Virus record (IMG/VR): IMGVR_UViG_3300042258_000341
Location: 132,979 to 196,978 of that record
Reading direction: 5' to 3' (one strand)
Length of the DNA stretch: 64,000 nucleotides
Source of the DNA: a virus
Taxonomy: Duplodnaviria; Caudoviricetes
The notes beneath the pieces are model-generated. The model made no database searches. It saw nothing but the letters and a program-made list of their open reading frames with translations, and was not told the DNA's origin. Below, in pieces: positions 19,745 to 30,147 of the stretch (the stretch's first letter is position 1; each line of letters opens with the position of its first letter). The position numbers and the translations under genes are program-made.

Positions 19745-20299
19745 TTAAAATAAAATAGACCATTCGAAGGTAATTCTTCGTGTGGAATTTTTTACAATTG
19801 CCGGGAAAGTTTCTCTTGCAAACATTGTTGCATTATCATTACAGAAAAGAGCAGCTTCACAGTATGCAACAGTTCCGCTACCATTACCTTCTGCTTTTTC
19901 TACAACCACTGTAAATTTAACAGAGGTTTCTGCAGGAGGAGTTGGGAGATAAGTGTCATTGCCATGATCGATTGCTTTAGAGAAAGCAGGTTCTTCCAAA
20001 TCAGTATCTGTGATTGTTGGAGAAACGGGAGTAAGGATATCCCCCGGGGCGTGTCCTCCGGTTCCGAGTTTAAAATAATCGATTTTGTAAATAGAATTGG
20101 CATCAGAAATTAAATGTGCCAAAGCTTTTCTCGCCCCATTTACAATCAGATTACTTTTTTCATGATGCAGGGTTTTCACTCCATCTTCTTCTATCCAACA
20201 TTTAACACTACCTTTTAAGGTAAGGGTGTCTTCAATAGATTGAATTTGAGAAGTGCCAAAATCGACTTTGGAGTTTATTTTGTCTTGAATGGCAGTCAT
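19745..20299 (-). CDS. Baseplate / tail-fibre attachment protein
   Basis: NLIVNGAR...LGTGG...EAALF...MFAR.TFPAIVK...FEWSI, a typical myophage baseplate-fibre connector. Confidence 0.75.
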   Translation of the reverse strand: MTAIQDKINSKVDFGTSQIQSIEDTLTLKGSVKCWIEEDGVKTLHHEKSNLIVNGARKALAHLISDANSIYKIDYFKLGTGGHAPGDILTPVSPTITDTDLEEPAFSKAIDHGNDTYLPTPPAETSVKFTVVVEKAEGNGSGTVAYCEAALFCNDNATMFARETFPAIVKNSTRRITFEWSILF

Positions 20300-20399
20300 A
20301 AATCTTTTTCACACCTTTCACAAAAAATAAGTATTCTCATCTTAAGAGAAGAATAAGACAAATCTATCAGATAGAATTAAGAAGAATTTAAAATATTTT

Positions 20400-23300
20400 T
20401 TATGTTTCATCAATTGTATAAGTAAATGTAGTGTTGATGCTATTTGTGGGGTTGAATGTTGGATTAAATTCGTAAGGAACTTCCTCTTCCCCTGAGAGAT
20501 AGACGGGGTTTATTTCATCGGTTGTGGGGGTGAGTATTAATGCTTCCGATTCTTCATTCCCAAGGACAACCGGAACTGTTTCATCGTTTACAATAAATTG
20601 TTCAGAATAATCAAAAGAGGTGTTATTTTCAAATTCCGAAGAGCTATTTACTGTCTCAACAACACTCATAAAATCAGTATCGTCTTCTTCAATAATGCAG
20701 GTTAAGAAACTGCTAACTCCGTATTCAGCAGAAGGATTCGAAGTGGGTTGTCCGACAACTCCTTCGCCCACAACAAACGAGCTTAAAACAAGATCAGATT
20801 CGGAAGTGCTTGTCGGAAGAACAATCGGAGTATTTGTTGCAAATAAACTTTGTAATGCATCTGATTCAAAATCGATTGTTAATTTAGATACTGAGTCTTC
20901 GGCTACATGTTTTTCAGCATCCCCTACAAGCAGAGAATCGGAAACAAGAACTCCTTCAGAAGCTCCGCCGACAAAATTAGAATTTCCGACAAAGATATCT
21001 CCCACGGCATCTGTTTTGCTCACATAATATGAATTACTTACAGAATGATTCCCTATTGTTTCCGGGAATACGATTTCTTCAAAAGCTGTTATTTGTTCTT
21101 CGTAAGAAAGCGTATCCAAAACTGGAATTTCTTCTTCTATAATTTCTTGTGCTGGGGTTATTTCGAAAGTAGAGTAAATATTGTTGGAGTAATCTGTAGA
21201 AACAAATCCTGTTGGAGATTGTGCGACAAAGACATCAACATTTGTTACAGGGTAAGTTTGTCCTGCGATTAAACCGTCCCCGATAAAATAGAAGTCTCCG
21301 ACATTTACAGGCATATCTCCTGCGAAACCAACAACAAGAGAATTATTCCCGACAACGGGGAGTTCAATATTGAAAGTTTCTGTAAATTCAGATGTATCTA
21401 CAGAAACTTCTAAATTACTGTAGGGGTCGGACTCTACATAAGCATTTCCGGTAAATATTCCAAAACCAACTGCCGGAGAATTGCCCACCGAGACCCCTTC
21501 CACGGTGTCAGCAACATTATAATCCCCGACAAAACCCATGCCTATTGTATATACTGTTCCCACAGAGAAAGCTTCGAAATCCCCCACTACCGGGGAAGCT
21601 CCTACAAGTTTATTCCACAAGGAATCTCGAATGTTAGAAGTCAATTCGAAATCCGATAAACTTGTTTCTACGGTGTCGAGAACAGGAATTTCTTCTTCGA
21701 TTACTTCTGCGGTGAGAAGAACATCGGTTGTGGAAGCGATATTCATTTCACTTCCGGTTGCAATTTCATCTGTTGCAGAAACATTTACGAAATGTTCCAC
21801 AGTATTTATGTATTCAGATTGTCCAACAAGTAATCCGTCTCCAACAAGATAAGGATTTCCGTCTATTTCTTCATGCCCTTCTCCGACAACAGAATCATAC
21901 CCAACAAGAACTCCGGTATCCCCTACGGTTAGATATACAAAATGTGAACTTCCGATAAGAGCTGGAATATTTCCGATATATCCAACAGTTATCCGAGGAT
22001 CCCCGACAACCGGCAATTCGAGCAAAAATCTTTCGGTAGAAACAGAGAATTCTTTTTCTACTTCGAGGATGCAATACGGGTCAGAAGCTACATAATCAGT
22101 TCCTGAAAATTCGTAATATCCAACAACAGGAGAAGCCCCTATCAAAATATTTTCTACGGTATCCCCTACGGAGTAATCCCCAACAAAACCGGAGCCGACT
22201 TGATATATGCTCCCAACGGTAAAATAATCAACACTACCTACAGTTGGGGAAGCTCCTACAAGTTTATTCCACAAAGAATCTCGGATGTTAGAAATTAATT
22301 CGAAATCCGAAAGATTTGTCTCTACGGTGTCGAGAACAGGGATTTCTTCTTCGATTACTTCCGGATTTATATCGAATTCCGAAATTTCGTAAATTACATT
22401 TTTGGAGTCTCCAACAAAATTTGTTCCATCCCAAGTTGCCAATTCCCCGACGAAATTGAAACCTTGCCCCACTTTTATTGTGGGGGTTACTGTATTTTCA
22501 CTTCCGACAATTAAACATGTTCCAGTATACAGTAACGGATTTCTATCCTCGTAATGTTGCGGAAGAACATTTTCTCCTACGAAATAAGACTCCCCTACAA
22601 ACAGCTCAATCTGTCCAACAGTTAAGAAATATGTGGTTTCCGGGAAGTAAGCATGACCCCATTCACCCACCTGCAGACAGGAAGTGTAAAATTGTTCTTG
22701 GAACGTAGTTTCGGTATAAGCTTCGAACCAAGTATTGAAATAATCATGTCCGACAAAAAGATTTGTATCCCCGACAAATTTATCAGGGTCTCCAACCAAG
22801 AAAGGTTCGTAAATATCTGAGATATTCGAAGTAAATTTTGTTTCTTTTTCAATATTTGTAATTTCTTCGACAAAAGAAATATTTTCTGTTAAGGAGTTTT
22901 CTGGAGTAATAAACAGCACATCTCCGGGCTGAGTGTCTACAAGGTAACTATCTCCTAAATTGTCCGGAGGTTGTACAAAGTTTTCATACCCGACATAAAT
23001 TCCACGGTGAATATCACAGTTATTTTCAAAAGCCGTTTCGGTATGTGCTTCGATAATAGAAACTTTACAACCGGAAACAATCGGACAACCTTCTGAAATA
23101 TTCCCTTCGTGTAATAAGTTACCCACAGACAACCATGCGGGGTAGGTAAATGAGGAATTATCCAACCAGTAAAATTCTTGACCGACAATTAAATTCCCAT
23201 CTCCAACAATCGGTAAATCGGAAACTGTTTCGGAATATCCGACAAATCCAGTATTTGTCCAACCATCATAATTTATAGGGTCGTTGTATTCTGCAAAAGA

Positions 23301-24119
23301 TCGGACAACAAACGGATACCCTTTGTATTGAAAATCCCCTACTTTTAAACCCGTTTCTCCGATATATGGGTATTCCTGATAAAAAGGGAACCCCACTTGT
23401 ATCATATTGGGGCAATTCATTACATACGGAGAATATTTATCGTAAAAAACTTCTGCGAAATACCAGAAGAAATTCTCAGAAACATCTACGTAATCTGTTA
23501 ATGTTTTAGCCCATCTTATTTCTGTAAGAGTGACACAAATCCAAAGTAATCGAGTTGCAAAGTCTTTAAACTTCCCCTCAGTATCTTCAAAAGCTTCGTT
23601 TTCTCCGAGAAGAGCTTCTTCCGGGGAGCCTGTTCGGGGTAAAGCCCATTTATCGTATTTATTACAAACCCCGATAGGTCTATGTTCCAAACCCAGCTCA
23701 AGAACAATAGAGCATTTAGGAACTTCACTTTCCCATCGAGGATCCCCTTCTTGATACCATTTGTTTATGTCATACCACTCGTAAATAGTGGCTTCCATGT
23801 CGAGGAGACGTAAAAGGTATTTAAGTCCTTTTTTCGTTCCTTTTATTTCGTAAAGGTTAGAGAGAATAATACAAAGAACTTTAAATTGTTCAGAATCAAC
23901 ATCAAAGTCAATAAATTCAGAAGACCCGAGTAAGGATAAGCATTTTTCGTAATCGAAATTTGCATTTTTTATATCGTAAAGGGCTTTGAGAAAATCTATG
24001 TTTTTTGTGTGATAGGCGTCTAAAACATAGTCAAGAATTTCCGTAAGTTTCGGATAAAAATCGTAATTTTGAAGATTCTCCGGTAAGAAATTCTTAGATT
24101 GAATTTGATATTCTGACAT
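20400..24119 (-). CDS. Baseplate wedge protein (gp7 / P2 gpI-like N-terminus) with long acidic VG-rich extension
   Basis: LYEIKGTKKGLKYLLRLL...IYEWY motif; follows the gp6-like gene. Confidence 0.7.
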   Translation of the reverse strand: MSEYQIQSKNFLPENLQNYDFYPKLTEILDYVLDAYHTKNIDFLKALYDIKNANFDYEKCLSLLGSSEFIDFDVDSEQFKVLCIILSNLYEIKGTKKGLKYLLRLLDMEATIYEWYDINKWYQEGDPRWESEVPKCSIVLELGLEHRPIGVCNKYDKWALPRTGSPEEALLGENEAFEDTEGKFKDFATRLLWICVTLTEIRWAKTLTDYVDVSENFFWYFAEVFYDKYSPYVMNCPNMIQVGFPFYQEYPYIGETGLKVGDFQYKGYPFVVRSFAEYNDPINYDGWTNTGFVGYSETVSDLPIVGDGNLIVGQEFYWLDNSSFTYPAWLSVGNLLHEGNISEGCPIVSGCKVSIIEAHTETAFENNCDIHRGIYVGYENFVQPPDNLGDSYLVDTQPGDVLFITPENSLTENISFVEEITNIEKETKFTSNISDIYEPFLVGDPDKFVGDTNLFVGHDYFNTWFEAYTETTFQEQFYTSCLQVGEWGHAYFPETTYFLTVGQIELFVGESYFVGENVLPQHYEDRNPLLYTGTCLIVGSENTVTPTIKVGQGFNFVGELATWDGTNFVGDSKNVIYEISEFDINPEVIEEEIPVLDTVETNLSDFELISNIRDSLWNKLVGASPTVGSVDYFTVGSIYQVGSGFVGDYSVGDTVENILIGASPVVGYYEFSGTDYVASDPYCILEVEKEFSVSTERFLLELPVVGDPRITVGYIGNIPALIGSSHFVYLTVGDTGVLVGYDSVVGEGHEEIDGNPYLVGDGLLVGQSEYINTVEHFVNVSATDEIATGSEMNIASTTDVLLTAEVIEEEIPVLDTVETSLSDFELTSNIRDSLWNKLVGASPVVGDFEAFSVGTVYTIGMGFVGDYNVADTVEGVSVGNSPAVGFGIFTGNAYVESDPYSNLEVSVDTSEFTETFNIELPVVGNNSLVVGFAGDMPVNVGDFYFIGDGLIAGQTYPVTNVDVFVAQSPTGFVSTDYSNNIYSTFEITPAQEIIEEEIPVLDTLSYEEQITAFEEIVFPETIGNHSVSNSYYVSKTDAVGDIFVGNSNFVGGASEGVLVSDSLLVGDAEKHVAEDSVSKLTIDFESDALQSLFATNTPIVLPTSTSESDLVLSSFVVGEGVVGQPTSNPSAEYGVSSFLTCIIEEDDTDFMSVVETVNSSSEFENNTSFDYSEQFIVNDETVPVVLGNEESEALILTPTTDEINPVYLSGEEEVPYEFNPTFNPTNSINTTFTYTIDET
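21593..22361 (-). repeat. Internal direct repeat (~115 bp conserved core, 654 bp apart)
   Basis: EVIEEEIPVLDTVET.LSDFEL.SNIRDSLWNKLVGASP encoded at ~21593-21707 and ~22247-22361; a partial third copy near 21110-21145. Confidence 0.85.
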
Positions 24120-24130
24120 AAATTACTTCT

Positions 24131-25753
24131 TTACAGGTTTTCGTTGTAAATGTCGTATTGTTGCCCAACGACAGTGAAGATGTTTTTATCCAAAACAATT
24201 TCGGTATCCGAAACAATTTGTGTAACGTGTCCGGAAAGTTGTAATTCCGGATTTACAATTAAACTTCCTACAGAAATAGGTTGCATTGTGAAATGCGCCG
24301 CAGAATCAATCAGTCTATTCTGGGTAATTTGTGTGACAGTTGAAGAGCTTAGATAAACCCAGTAACCGTTGTTAGTTGGATCGATATCCACAACATAATC
24401 TTTATTTGCAGTTACAATTACTTCCAAAGAGACCAGCTTGAGATATCTATCAAATTCAAGAGTCTGATCTGAAACAGGTCTTACGAGATAAACCCTGTTT
24501 ACCCCTTCGACTCTCGAAACTTCCGAAGTAACTTGCCCGATGTGAAAGGTAGTGCCTAATTTCATCGTGTACTTACCCACGGTTTCTCGGATTGTTTCTT
24601 CGATAGACGTTTGCCCAACCCCTTCATCCACAATACAAACCATTTTCATTTCTATCCCGATTCTTTTAGGGGCAACCAGAATTATTTGTTCTCCGATCAT
24701 TTTATATGTATCAAGAAACGAATACATAGTTTCTTTTTCGGTAATAGAAGCATAATGTTCATCGTCGAAAAGATAAGAAAGGAGCATTGTGCAGCAACCT
24801 TCCGTATCTTTTTTGTAATTTGCAGAAATCAAAGAGCCTGAGTAGTTCATGAAAATATAAATATGGTCACTACCCGTAACCATTCTTCTTTTTGAAGTTA
24901 AATACCCCGGGGCGACTGCCGCCATTTTAGCAATAGAATCAGCATTGTATCCGGGATTAAGAATTTGCACCGAATTTATTGTGCAATCCAGATTTTTAGT
25001 TAGCTCCGAAGGAGTTATTCCTGTAGCCCCTAAAACACCTTGAGTGTTGATGTAATTAAAAATAACTTCATCATTTACTCTTAATTGATATCCCAAAACA
25101 CCATCTCCGAAAACCAACAAAACCCCACCGCTGTATGTTTTTATCATTACATTTTCCGGTAAGAAATTATCTGCGTATCGAATTAAATCTCGTTTAACCC
25201 CCGCAACATATAATTCAAGGGTGTCTCCGAAAAGATTTGTATCGATCCCGGTGTCAAGAATTAAAGTATTTGCGAATTTATCATTACTTGTGGAAATAAA
25301 AGTTGATTGTTTCCAATCCCCAACAACACATTCCACTTCATTATCCCCACCGAGAAGTGTTTGTGAATACAACAAACTTACACTTCTGCCCCGGTAATAA
25401 AATAAAGGAACTTCTCTATCCCAGAAAGTATTTAAAGAAAGAGTGAAATTAATTTTCAATCTTGGGGCAGAAAGCCTTTGAACAGGATATCCGACAATGT
25501 TACAAATATTTATTGCGGAGGTTTGCAATCTACAAGAATCCAAATACGATTCTCTTCTTGCCCCCATAGAGTGAAAACTTAAATAAGTACCAAGCCCGGA
25601 TAACAATTCTATTTGTGTCATCCCTGCACCGGATTCGTAAAAATCTTTCCATCTTTCTGAATCCGGCAAGTTCTGCACATATTCAACGATGTCTGCTTTT
25701 ATGTTATCGAAAGATAAAGAAGCCGGGTCGATTATTTTAAAATTATTACTCAT
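24131..25753 (-). CDS. Baseplate wedge subunit (T4 gp6-like / baseplate J)
   Basis: LSFDNIKADI...WKDF..SG, RESYLDS, FGDGVLG, RMVT..D. Confidence 0.85.
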   Translation of the reverse strand: MSNNFKIIDPASLSFDNIKADIVEYVQNLPDSERWKDFYESGAGMTQIELLSGLGTYLSFHSMGARRESYLDSCRLQTSAINICNIVGYPVQRLSAPRLKINFTLSLNTFWDREVPLFYYRGRSVSLLYSQTLLGGDNEVECVVGDWKQSTFISTSNDKFANTLILDTGIDTNLFGDTLELYVAGVKRDLIRYADNFLPENVMIKTYSGGVLLVFGDGVLGYQLRVNDEVIFNYINTQGVLGATGITPSELTKNLDCTINSVQILNPGYNADSIAKMAAVAPGYLTSKRRMVTGSDHIYIFMNYSGSLISANYKKDTEGCCTMLLSYLFDDEHYASITEKETMYSFLDTYKMIGEQIILVAPKRIGIEMKMVCIVDEGVGQTSIEETIRETVGKYTMKLGTTFHIGQVTSEVSRVEGVNRVYLVRPVSDQTLEFDRYLKLVSLEVIVTANKDYVVDIDPTNNGYWVYLSSSTVTQITQNRLIDSAAHFTMQPISVGSLIVNPELQLSGHVTQIVSDTEIVLDKNIFTVVGQQYDIYNENL

Positions 25754-25771
25754 TTTAGGATAAAACCTCTT

Positions 25772-26149
25772 TTACCTGTTTTTATAAAGCGTTCCTGAAT
25801 ATGTGTAAAAGTCCGAATCGGACAAACCTCTTACTGTAAAAGTAAGAGAAACATAATAAGTGTGTTTATCGTAATCCGGGGTAATACTTGATTTGGAATA
25901 ATCAAGATCAACTCTTGGCTCCCATTTCTGTATTGCAATTACAATTGTATCGTAAAGAGCAGCTACAGTTAATTCATCCATTGGTTCAAAAAGTAATTCT
26001 TCTATTGCAGAACCAAATTCGGGAAGAAAAAACCGAGAGCGTAAAGAAGTCCCCAAGATATTACCGATTGACTGGTAAATAGAATCCAGATCAGAGACCA
26101 ATGCTCTTTGTGTGGGTGAATATTGATTTACGTCAGAATATATTGCCAT
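25772..26149 (-). CDS. Baseplate wedge subunit (T4 gp25-like)
   Basis: YSD...IYQSIGNILGT...RFFLPEFGS...LLFEPMD...WEPRV. Confidence 0.9.
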   Translation of the reverse strand: MAIYSDVNQYSPTQRALVSDLDSIYQSIGNILGTSLRSRFFLPEFGSAIEELLFEPMDELTVAALYDTIVIAIQKWEPRVDLDYSKSSITPDYDKHTYYVSLTFTVRGLSDSDFYTYSGTLYKNR

Positions 26150-26188
26150 AACAACAATACAAATTCCAACATCAAAATAAAAGTAATT

Positions 26189-26743
26189 CTATTCGATAGA
26201 TTTATTTTCTACTTTTATTCCACACTTCAAAACCCCAGCACTGAACATTGCATGTAATTTAGATGCTGTAATTGTTCTCGGTTTCTGTGAATCCCCCCAG
26301 AAAACCTCAAAAGAATTATCTGCATTTTTTTGCCCAACAACAACCCAATGTTGATACCACAAAGCGGTTATAAAATTAGTTTCGAGTTTCACCAAAATAA
26401 TTAATTTTTTCGGAACATAATTACCAGATTCGATATCTGACCATTTCACATTATCGTCCGGAATAAATCCCAGAGCTTTTATTGCCCTCATAACATTTAA
26501 AGGATTTGACAACAAAGGGCTTTCGAAAAAGAAGGGTAAGTCCCAATGCCACAAAGCTTTATATGCTTTTTCGTAAGTTGTTCCACAAGTTATTGCAACA
26601 ACAGGAACAGCGCAATCTCTTGCTTGTCGCATTGTTGGAATTTCTTCATTTTTCTGTTCTTCAGTAGGTTCCGGGGGGAACCCTAAAATAAATTTAAGTG
26701 CTCTCCAGAAATTTTTGATTGCTTTTTTTAGACTTTCAAACAT
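26189..26743 (-). CDS. C39-like cysteine peptidase
   Basis: Q..DC motif (RQARDCAVPVVA), then QHWVVV and GD. Confidence 0.55.
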   Translation of the reverse strand: MFESLKKAIKNFWRALKFILGFPPEPTEEQKNEEIPTMRQARDCAVPVVAITCGTTYEKAYKALWHWDLPFFFESPLLSNPLNVMRAIKALGFIPDDNVKWSDIESGNYVPKKLIILVKLETNFITALWYQHWVVVGQKNADNSFEVFWGDSQKPRTITASKLHAMFSAGVLKCGIKVENKSIE

Positions 26744-26921
26744 GACTCCAGTCTCCATTCAGATAGCTATTTTTAAATTCAAGAAACATTTCATAAGTAG
26801 TATTTTTCTTTCCGTATTGCTTATGGAATTCATCATGAATTTCTTTCAAAAGTGTAACCGTTTGAATACATCTTTCTCCCAAAATTCGAATATTTTTTTC
26901 ACAAGTAGTTTCTTTTTTCAT
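26736..26921 (-). CDS. Small hypothetical protein
   Basis: 61 aa ORF filling the gap, GAGG RBS. Confidence 0.45.
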   Translation of the reverse strand: MKKETTCEKNIRILGERCIQTVTLLKEIHDEFHKQYGKKNTTYEMFLEFKNSYLNGDWSHV

Positions 26922-26924
26922 GCC

Positions 26925-27245
26925 TCACCCATTGTCTACAGTGTCCGGGCTTCCTGTCACAGTCACGGAAGACCCGCAGAAATCGTTTACCATATCTCCG
27001 ACTCGGTGATCTGGTAAATTATTTGTATAAACATCGGGGGAGCCTGTCATACACATATTTACCGGGCAATGGGGGCATGTATAATGAATAGCTAAATCAA
27101 TCATAGCTCGACTCCCCGGAAGGTTATTTACATATGTGTCATGGCTACCAGTAATACGAATACCGATTAAAACGTGAGGGCAACACGGCGCACCATGCGA
27201 CCCCACGCCGATTGTGATGTCTCCAATCCTTGACCATTGTGTCAT
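26925..27245 (-). CDS. PAAR-like spike tip protein
   Basis: RIGD...CCPH...TGS..YVNN...HRVGD...TGSPD repeats. Confidence 0.85.
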   Translation of the reverse strand: MTQWSRIGDITIGVGSHGAPCCPHVLIGIRITGSHDTYVNNLPGSRAMIDLAIHYTCPHCPVNMCMTGSPDVYTNNLPDHRVGDMVNDFCGSSVTVTGSPDTVDNG

Positions 27246-27269
27246 AATATCATTACCTTCTTCAAAGCT

Positions 27270-27749
27270 TTACAACCGTGAAGGGACATTCGCCAACGGA
27301 TCATCCCCGCCGGACATTTTCCAGTTGTATAAATCTCTCCAAGAGATTTCGGGAATATCTTTATTCGCAAGTTCGGGATTTCTTTGTATCCCGGATAACG
27401 CCGGGGGAAGAAACTCATCAACAATAAATTTAAAATCTAGCCCAAATATTTTACCGTTTCCGTCAGCGTCTTGAAAACAAGCATATTCCTGTGTAAGAGT
27501 AGCGGCATAAGGGAGAGTTGTTGCAACAGAAGCACCTCCCACAACATTTGAAATATCTTCTACAATATGAGGAACATTGTGTAAATGCCCTTCGTGGTAA
27601 TGGTGAATAATTCTCCCTGTTGTTGCAATACTACAGTTATTAGACTCAACATCCCATATTTGACATGCCGCTCCACGACATTCTACGGTTTCTGTAGAAA
27701 TTGCCTGATCATCTCCACTTACATTTGCAAAAAAAGGACAAATACCCAT
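27270..27749 (-). CDS. Cys/His-rich hypothetical protein between spike and PAAR
   Basis: ICPFF...C...C..W...C and HHYHEGHLH. Confidence 0.55.
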   Translation of the reverse strand: MGICPFFANVSGDDQAISTETVECRGAACQIWDVESNNCSIATTGRIIHHYHEGHLHNVPHIVEDISNVVGGASVATTLPYAATLTQEYACFQDADGNGKIFGLDFKFIVDEFLPPALSGIQRNPELANKDIPEISWRDLYNWKMSGGDDPLANVPSRL

Positions 27750-27769
27750 ATTTATTAAAACCTACTTTC

Positions 27770-28564
27770 TTATGTGTTTGTTTTCTTTCCGATATCTTCT
27801 TTTACAGAATCAACCCGAGACTTAATACTTTCTGCAAGTTGAGTTAATTCTTGTAATTTAGACTGTAGTGTGGAGATTGCACTTTCAATCTCAGCAATTT
27901 CTCCTTGCCCCATTCCAAACAATCCTGAATTTTTATGTATCATCGGGGCATCAAAAGTTATTATTTCCCCGGATTGTGTGTGAACACCTCCTGAAGAATC
28001 CAATACTGTCTTACCTCCACATTTTACAGCAAACCCCCCGTCAACTTGAAGCTTTATTTTCCCGCCGACATGCAGAACAATGTCTGTAGGGATATTTATT
28101 ACAAGATTTCCATCTCCATCAAGTTTCAAGAATTTCTTCAATTCATTGCTGAAGAATTCAAGATATTTTTGTTTCTTATTTATTTTCAACCATTCCAGAT
28201 TTGAATTTATCGTTCCGTAACTTTCAGGGTAATCTTCAAGAAAAGGTTCTTTAGGGGCGGTTAATTCATTTAATCTTCTGCCTTGATAGAAAGGGTGATA
28301 AATATCTTTGTTTACCCATGTTACAGAAACTTCAGACCCTATTTCGGGGATAGCAAAAGAAGAGGAGTCCGGTTTACCCCCTAAGCCAGAATCCCCTTTC
28401 GGGAAACACCAAGGGAGTTTATTTACATCCGTTTCTTCATAAATACCTTTAATAAAGACTCGCACCCTCTGTAGAAAACGAGGATCTTTATTATCCACTA
28501 CTTTCCCGACTTGGGCGGTAGATAATAAATCAGGTTGATTTAAATGTTGTAAAACTTTTATCAT
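27770..28564 (-). CDS. Baseplate central spike (gp5/VgrG OB-fold)
   Basis: GKVVDNKDP..L.RVRV.I.G...LPWC...PEIGS.V...F, then a short beta-helix. Confidence 0.9.
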   Translation of the reverse strand: MIKVLQHLNQPDLLSTAQVGKVVDNKDPRFLQRVRVFIKGIYEETDVNKLPWCFPKGDSGLGGKPDSSSFAIPEIGSEVSVTWVNKDIYHPFYQGRRLNELTAPKEPFLEDYPESYGTINSNLEWLKINKKQKYLEFFSNELKKFLKLDGDGNLVINIPTDIVLHVGGKIKLQVDGGFAVKCGGKTVLDSSGGVHTQSGEIITFDAPMIHKNSGLFGMGQGEIAEIESAISTLQSKLQELTQLAESIKSRVDSVKEDIGKKTNT

Positions 28565-29751
28565 CTTCGAGTTGTCACGACATTCATAGATTTTGTTTCT
28601 TCGTTTCGTATTCGGATAGCATTTGGTGTTTCACGACACATTTCAACAAAGGTTTTAAAAACTTTCTTTTCGATGACTCTTGAGACTTTTGTAATTACAT
28701 ACAACCCTGTAATTGTTTCGGAAGAATACTTTCTATTTGCATTTGTCTCTTCTTCTTTAAAATAAACCAAATCAAGAACGTGGATGTCGTGAAAATCATG
28801 AGTATACATAAGAGTCAATTTAACGGTAGAGAAAGTAAATAAATTTACAAGATTTTGTAATTTTGCTTTCCAGAAATTTGCATGGACATTATCTGCAGAT
28901 TGATTGCTGTGTTCGTCGTATCTTGGCTTAATCTCTTTGTCCGTCATACCGTCTTTCGACATTGCAAGAGTGGGATTTATCGGTTCTTGTGTAAGAAGAG
29001 TAAAATCCCCGGCTTCGAGATTTGCAATTAATTTTTCTTTCCCGTAAGCATAAACTTGATTGTTGAAAGTTGAAGAATTTGTGTAATTGTAAGGAAGTTC
29101 GTAAATAATCTCGTTAGGCTTCTTATCTTCTTTTTTCGCAATTTTAAATGTGAATTTCGGAGTTTCTTTTGCAAGTTGATTTATATCCCGGTATCTGAAT
29201 TCCCCTAAAATTGTTGTCCCAAGAGCAGGGAAAGAATTCGGAATATATGTGTGTGTCCAGATGTTATTTATAAATTTCTTGTCGGATATATTTGGTTGAA
29301 TCCAATACATACTGTCTTGAGTTGAAGAAATATTTGTGCTGAAAGTTAAATTAGTGTGTTTTGTAATAACTTCCCGCATAACATCTATCGAAGGTTTTTT
29401 ATCCGATATTTTAATTTTCTTATCTGTAATGTAAGACATAGCGGCATAAATGCCAACCATGTGTAAAATTATTTTATGCTCACCGTCTCTTACCGGGATA
29501 CTTTTTGTAATTCTAAATTTAGAATCTGTTAATTCATTTCGACTTTTGCCGAGAGAAATTATTAATTCTTTACCCTCATTCGCATATTTAAGAATTTTTT
29601 CATCCCAGACATAAATATCGAGTTGGAAAATCGGCAAGATGTTTCCGGTATCTTCAATTATTTTAAAACAAATTAATTGCTCTTCTTTCAAGAAATCTTT
29701 CATTTCCCCAAGAGTAAAAGAAGCAATATATTGTCCTTCAACACCTATCAT
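28561..29751 (-). CDS. Baseplate hub protein (gp27-like)
   Basis: Position between gp53-like and gp5-like genes; WIQPN, GLYVITKVSR; size fits. Confidence 0.65.
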   Translation of the reverse strand: MIGVEGQYIASFTLGEMKDFLKEEQLICFKIIEDTGNILPIFQLDIYVWDEKILKYANEGKELIISLGKSRNELTDSKFRITKSIPVRDGEHKIILHMVGIYAAMSYITDKKIKISDKKPSIDVMREVITKHTNLTFSTNISSTQDSMYWIQPNISDKKFINNIWTHTYIPNSFPALGTTILGEFRYRDINQLAKETPKFTFKIAKKEDKKPNEIIYELPYNYTNSSTFNNQVYAYGKEKLIANLEAGDFTLLTQEPINPTLAMSKDGMTDKEIKPRYDEHSNQSADNVHANFWKAKLQNLVNLFTFSTVKLTLMYTHDFHDIHVLDLVYFKEEETNANRKYSSETITGLYVITKVSRVIEKKVFKTFVEMCRETPNAIRIRNEETKSMNVVTTRR

Positions 29752-29754
29752 TTA

Positions 29755-30129
29755 TTAACTTCCTGTATTCGGAACAACATTATTTTTTTGTAAAGCGTTC
29801 AAAGAAAAATACAACTCTTCAATATCTTCTATTCGAGGGTAATTTATTTCTTGCCCTTCCACAAGATCGAAAGGAGAAATCATTCCATTATATATCAACA
29901 AAAGATACCAGAACTTTACTGTCCCGTAAATTCGATACGAAAGCAAATCCGCCCGGTCTTCTTCTATTTGCACAAAAGTTTTTCCGAAAACAGGCAATTC
30001 GGTCAATTTATTTATAAAATATGAATCCAGATAATCGTAGACATTTTCATTCATTTCCACGAATTTCTGCAAATCATATCTGTCTGTGAAATCCTTTTCG
30101 TTCAACAAATCTAAATTTACAAAATACAT
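29755..30129 (-). CDS. Baseplate wedge gp53-like / LysM protein
   Basis: RADLLSYRIYG...WYLLLIYN...P..L..GQ.I.YP. Confidence 0.85.
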   Translation of the reverse strand: MYFVNLDLLNEKDFTDRYDLQKFVEMNENVYDYLDSYFINKLTELPVFGKTFVQIEEDRADLLSYRIYGTVKFWYLLLIYNGMISPFDLVEGQEINYPRIEDIEELYFSLNALQKNNVVPNTGS

Positions 30130-30147
30130 ATCTGAAAATACCCTCTT

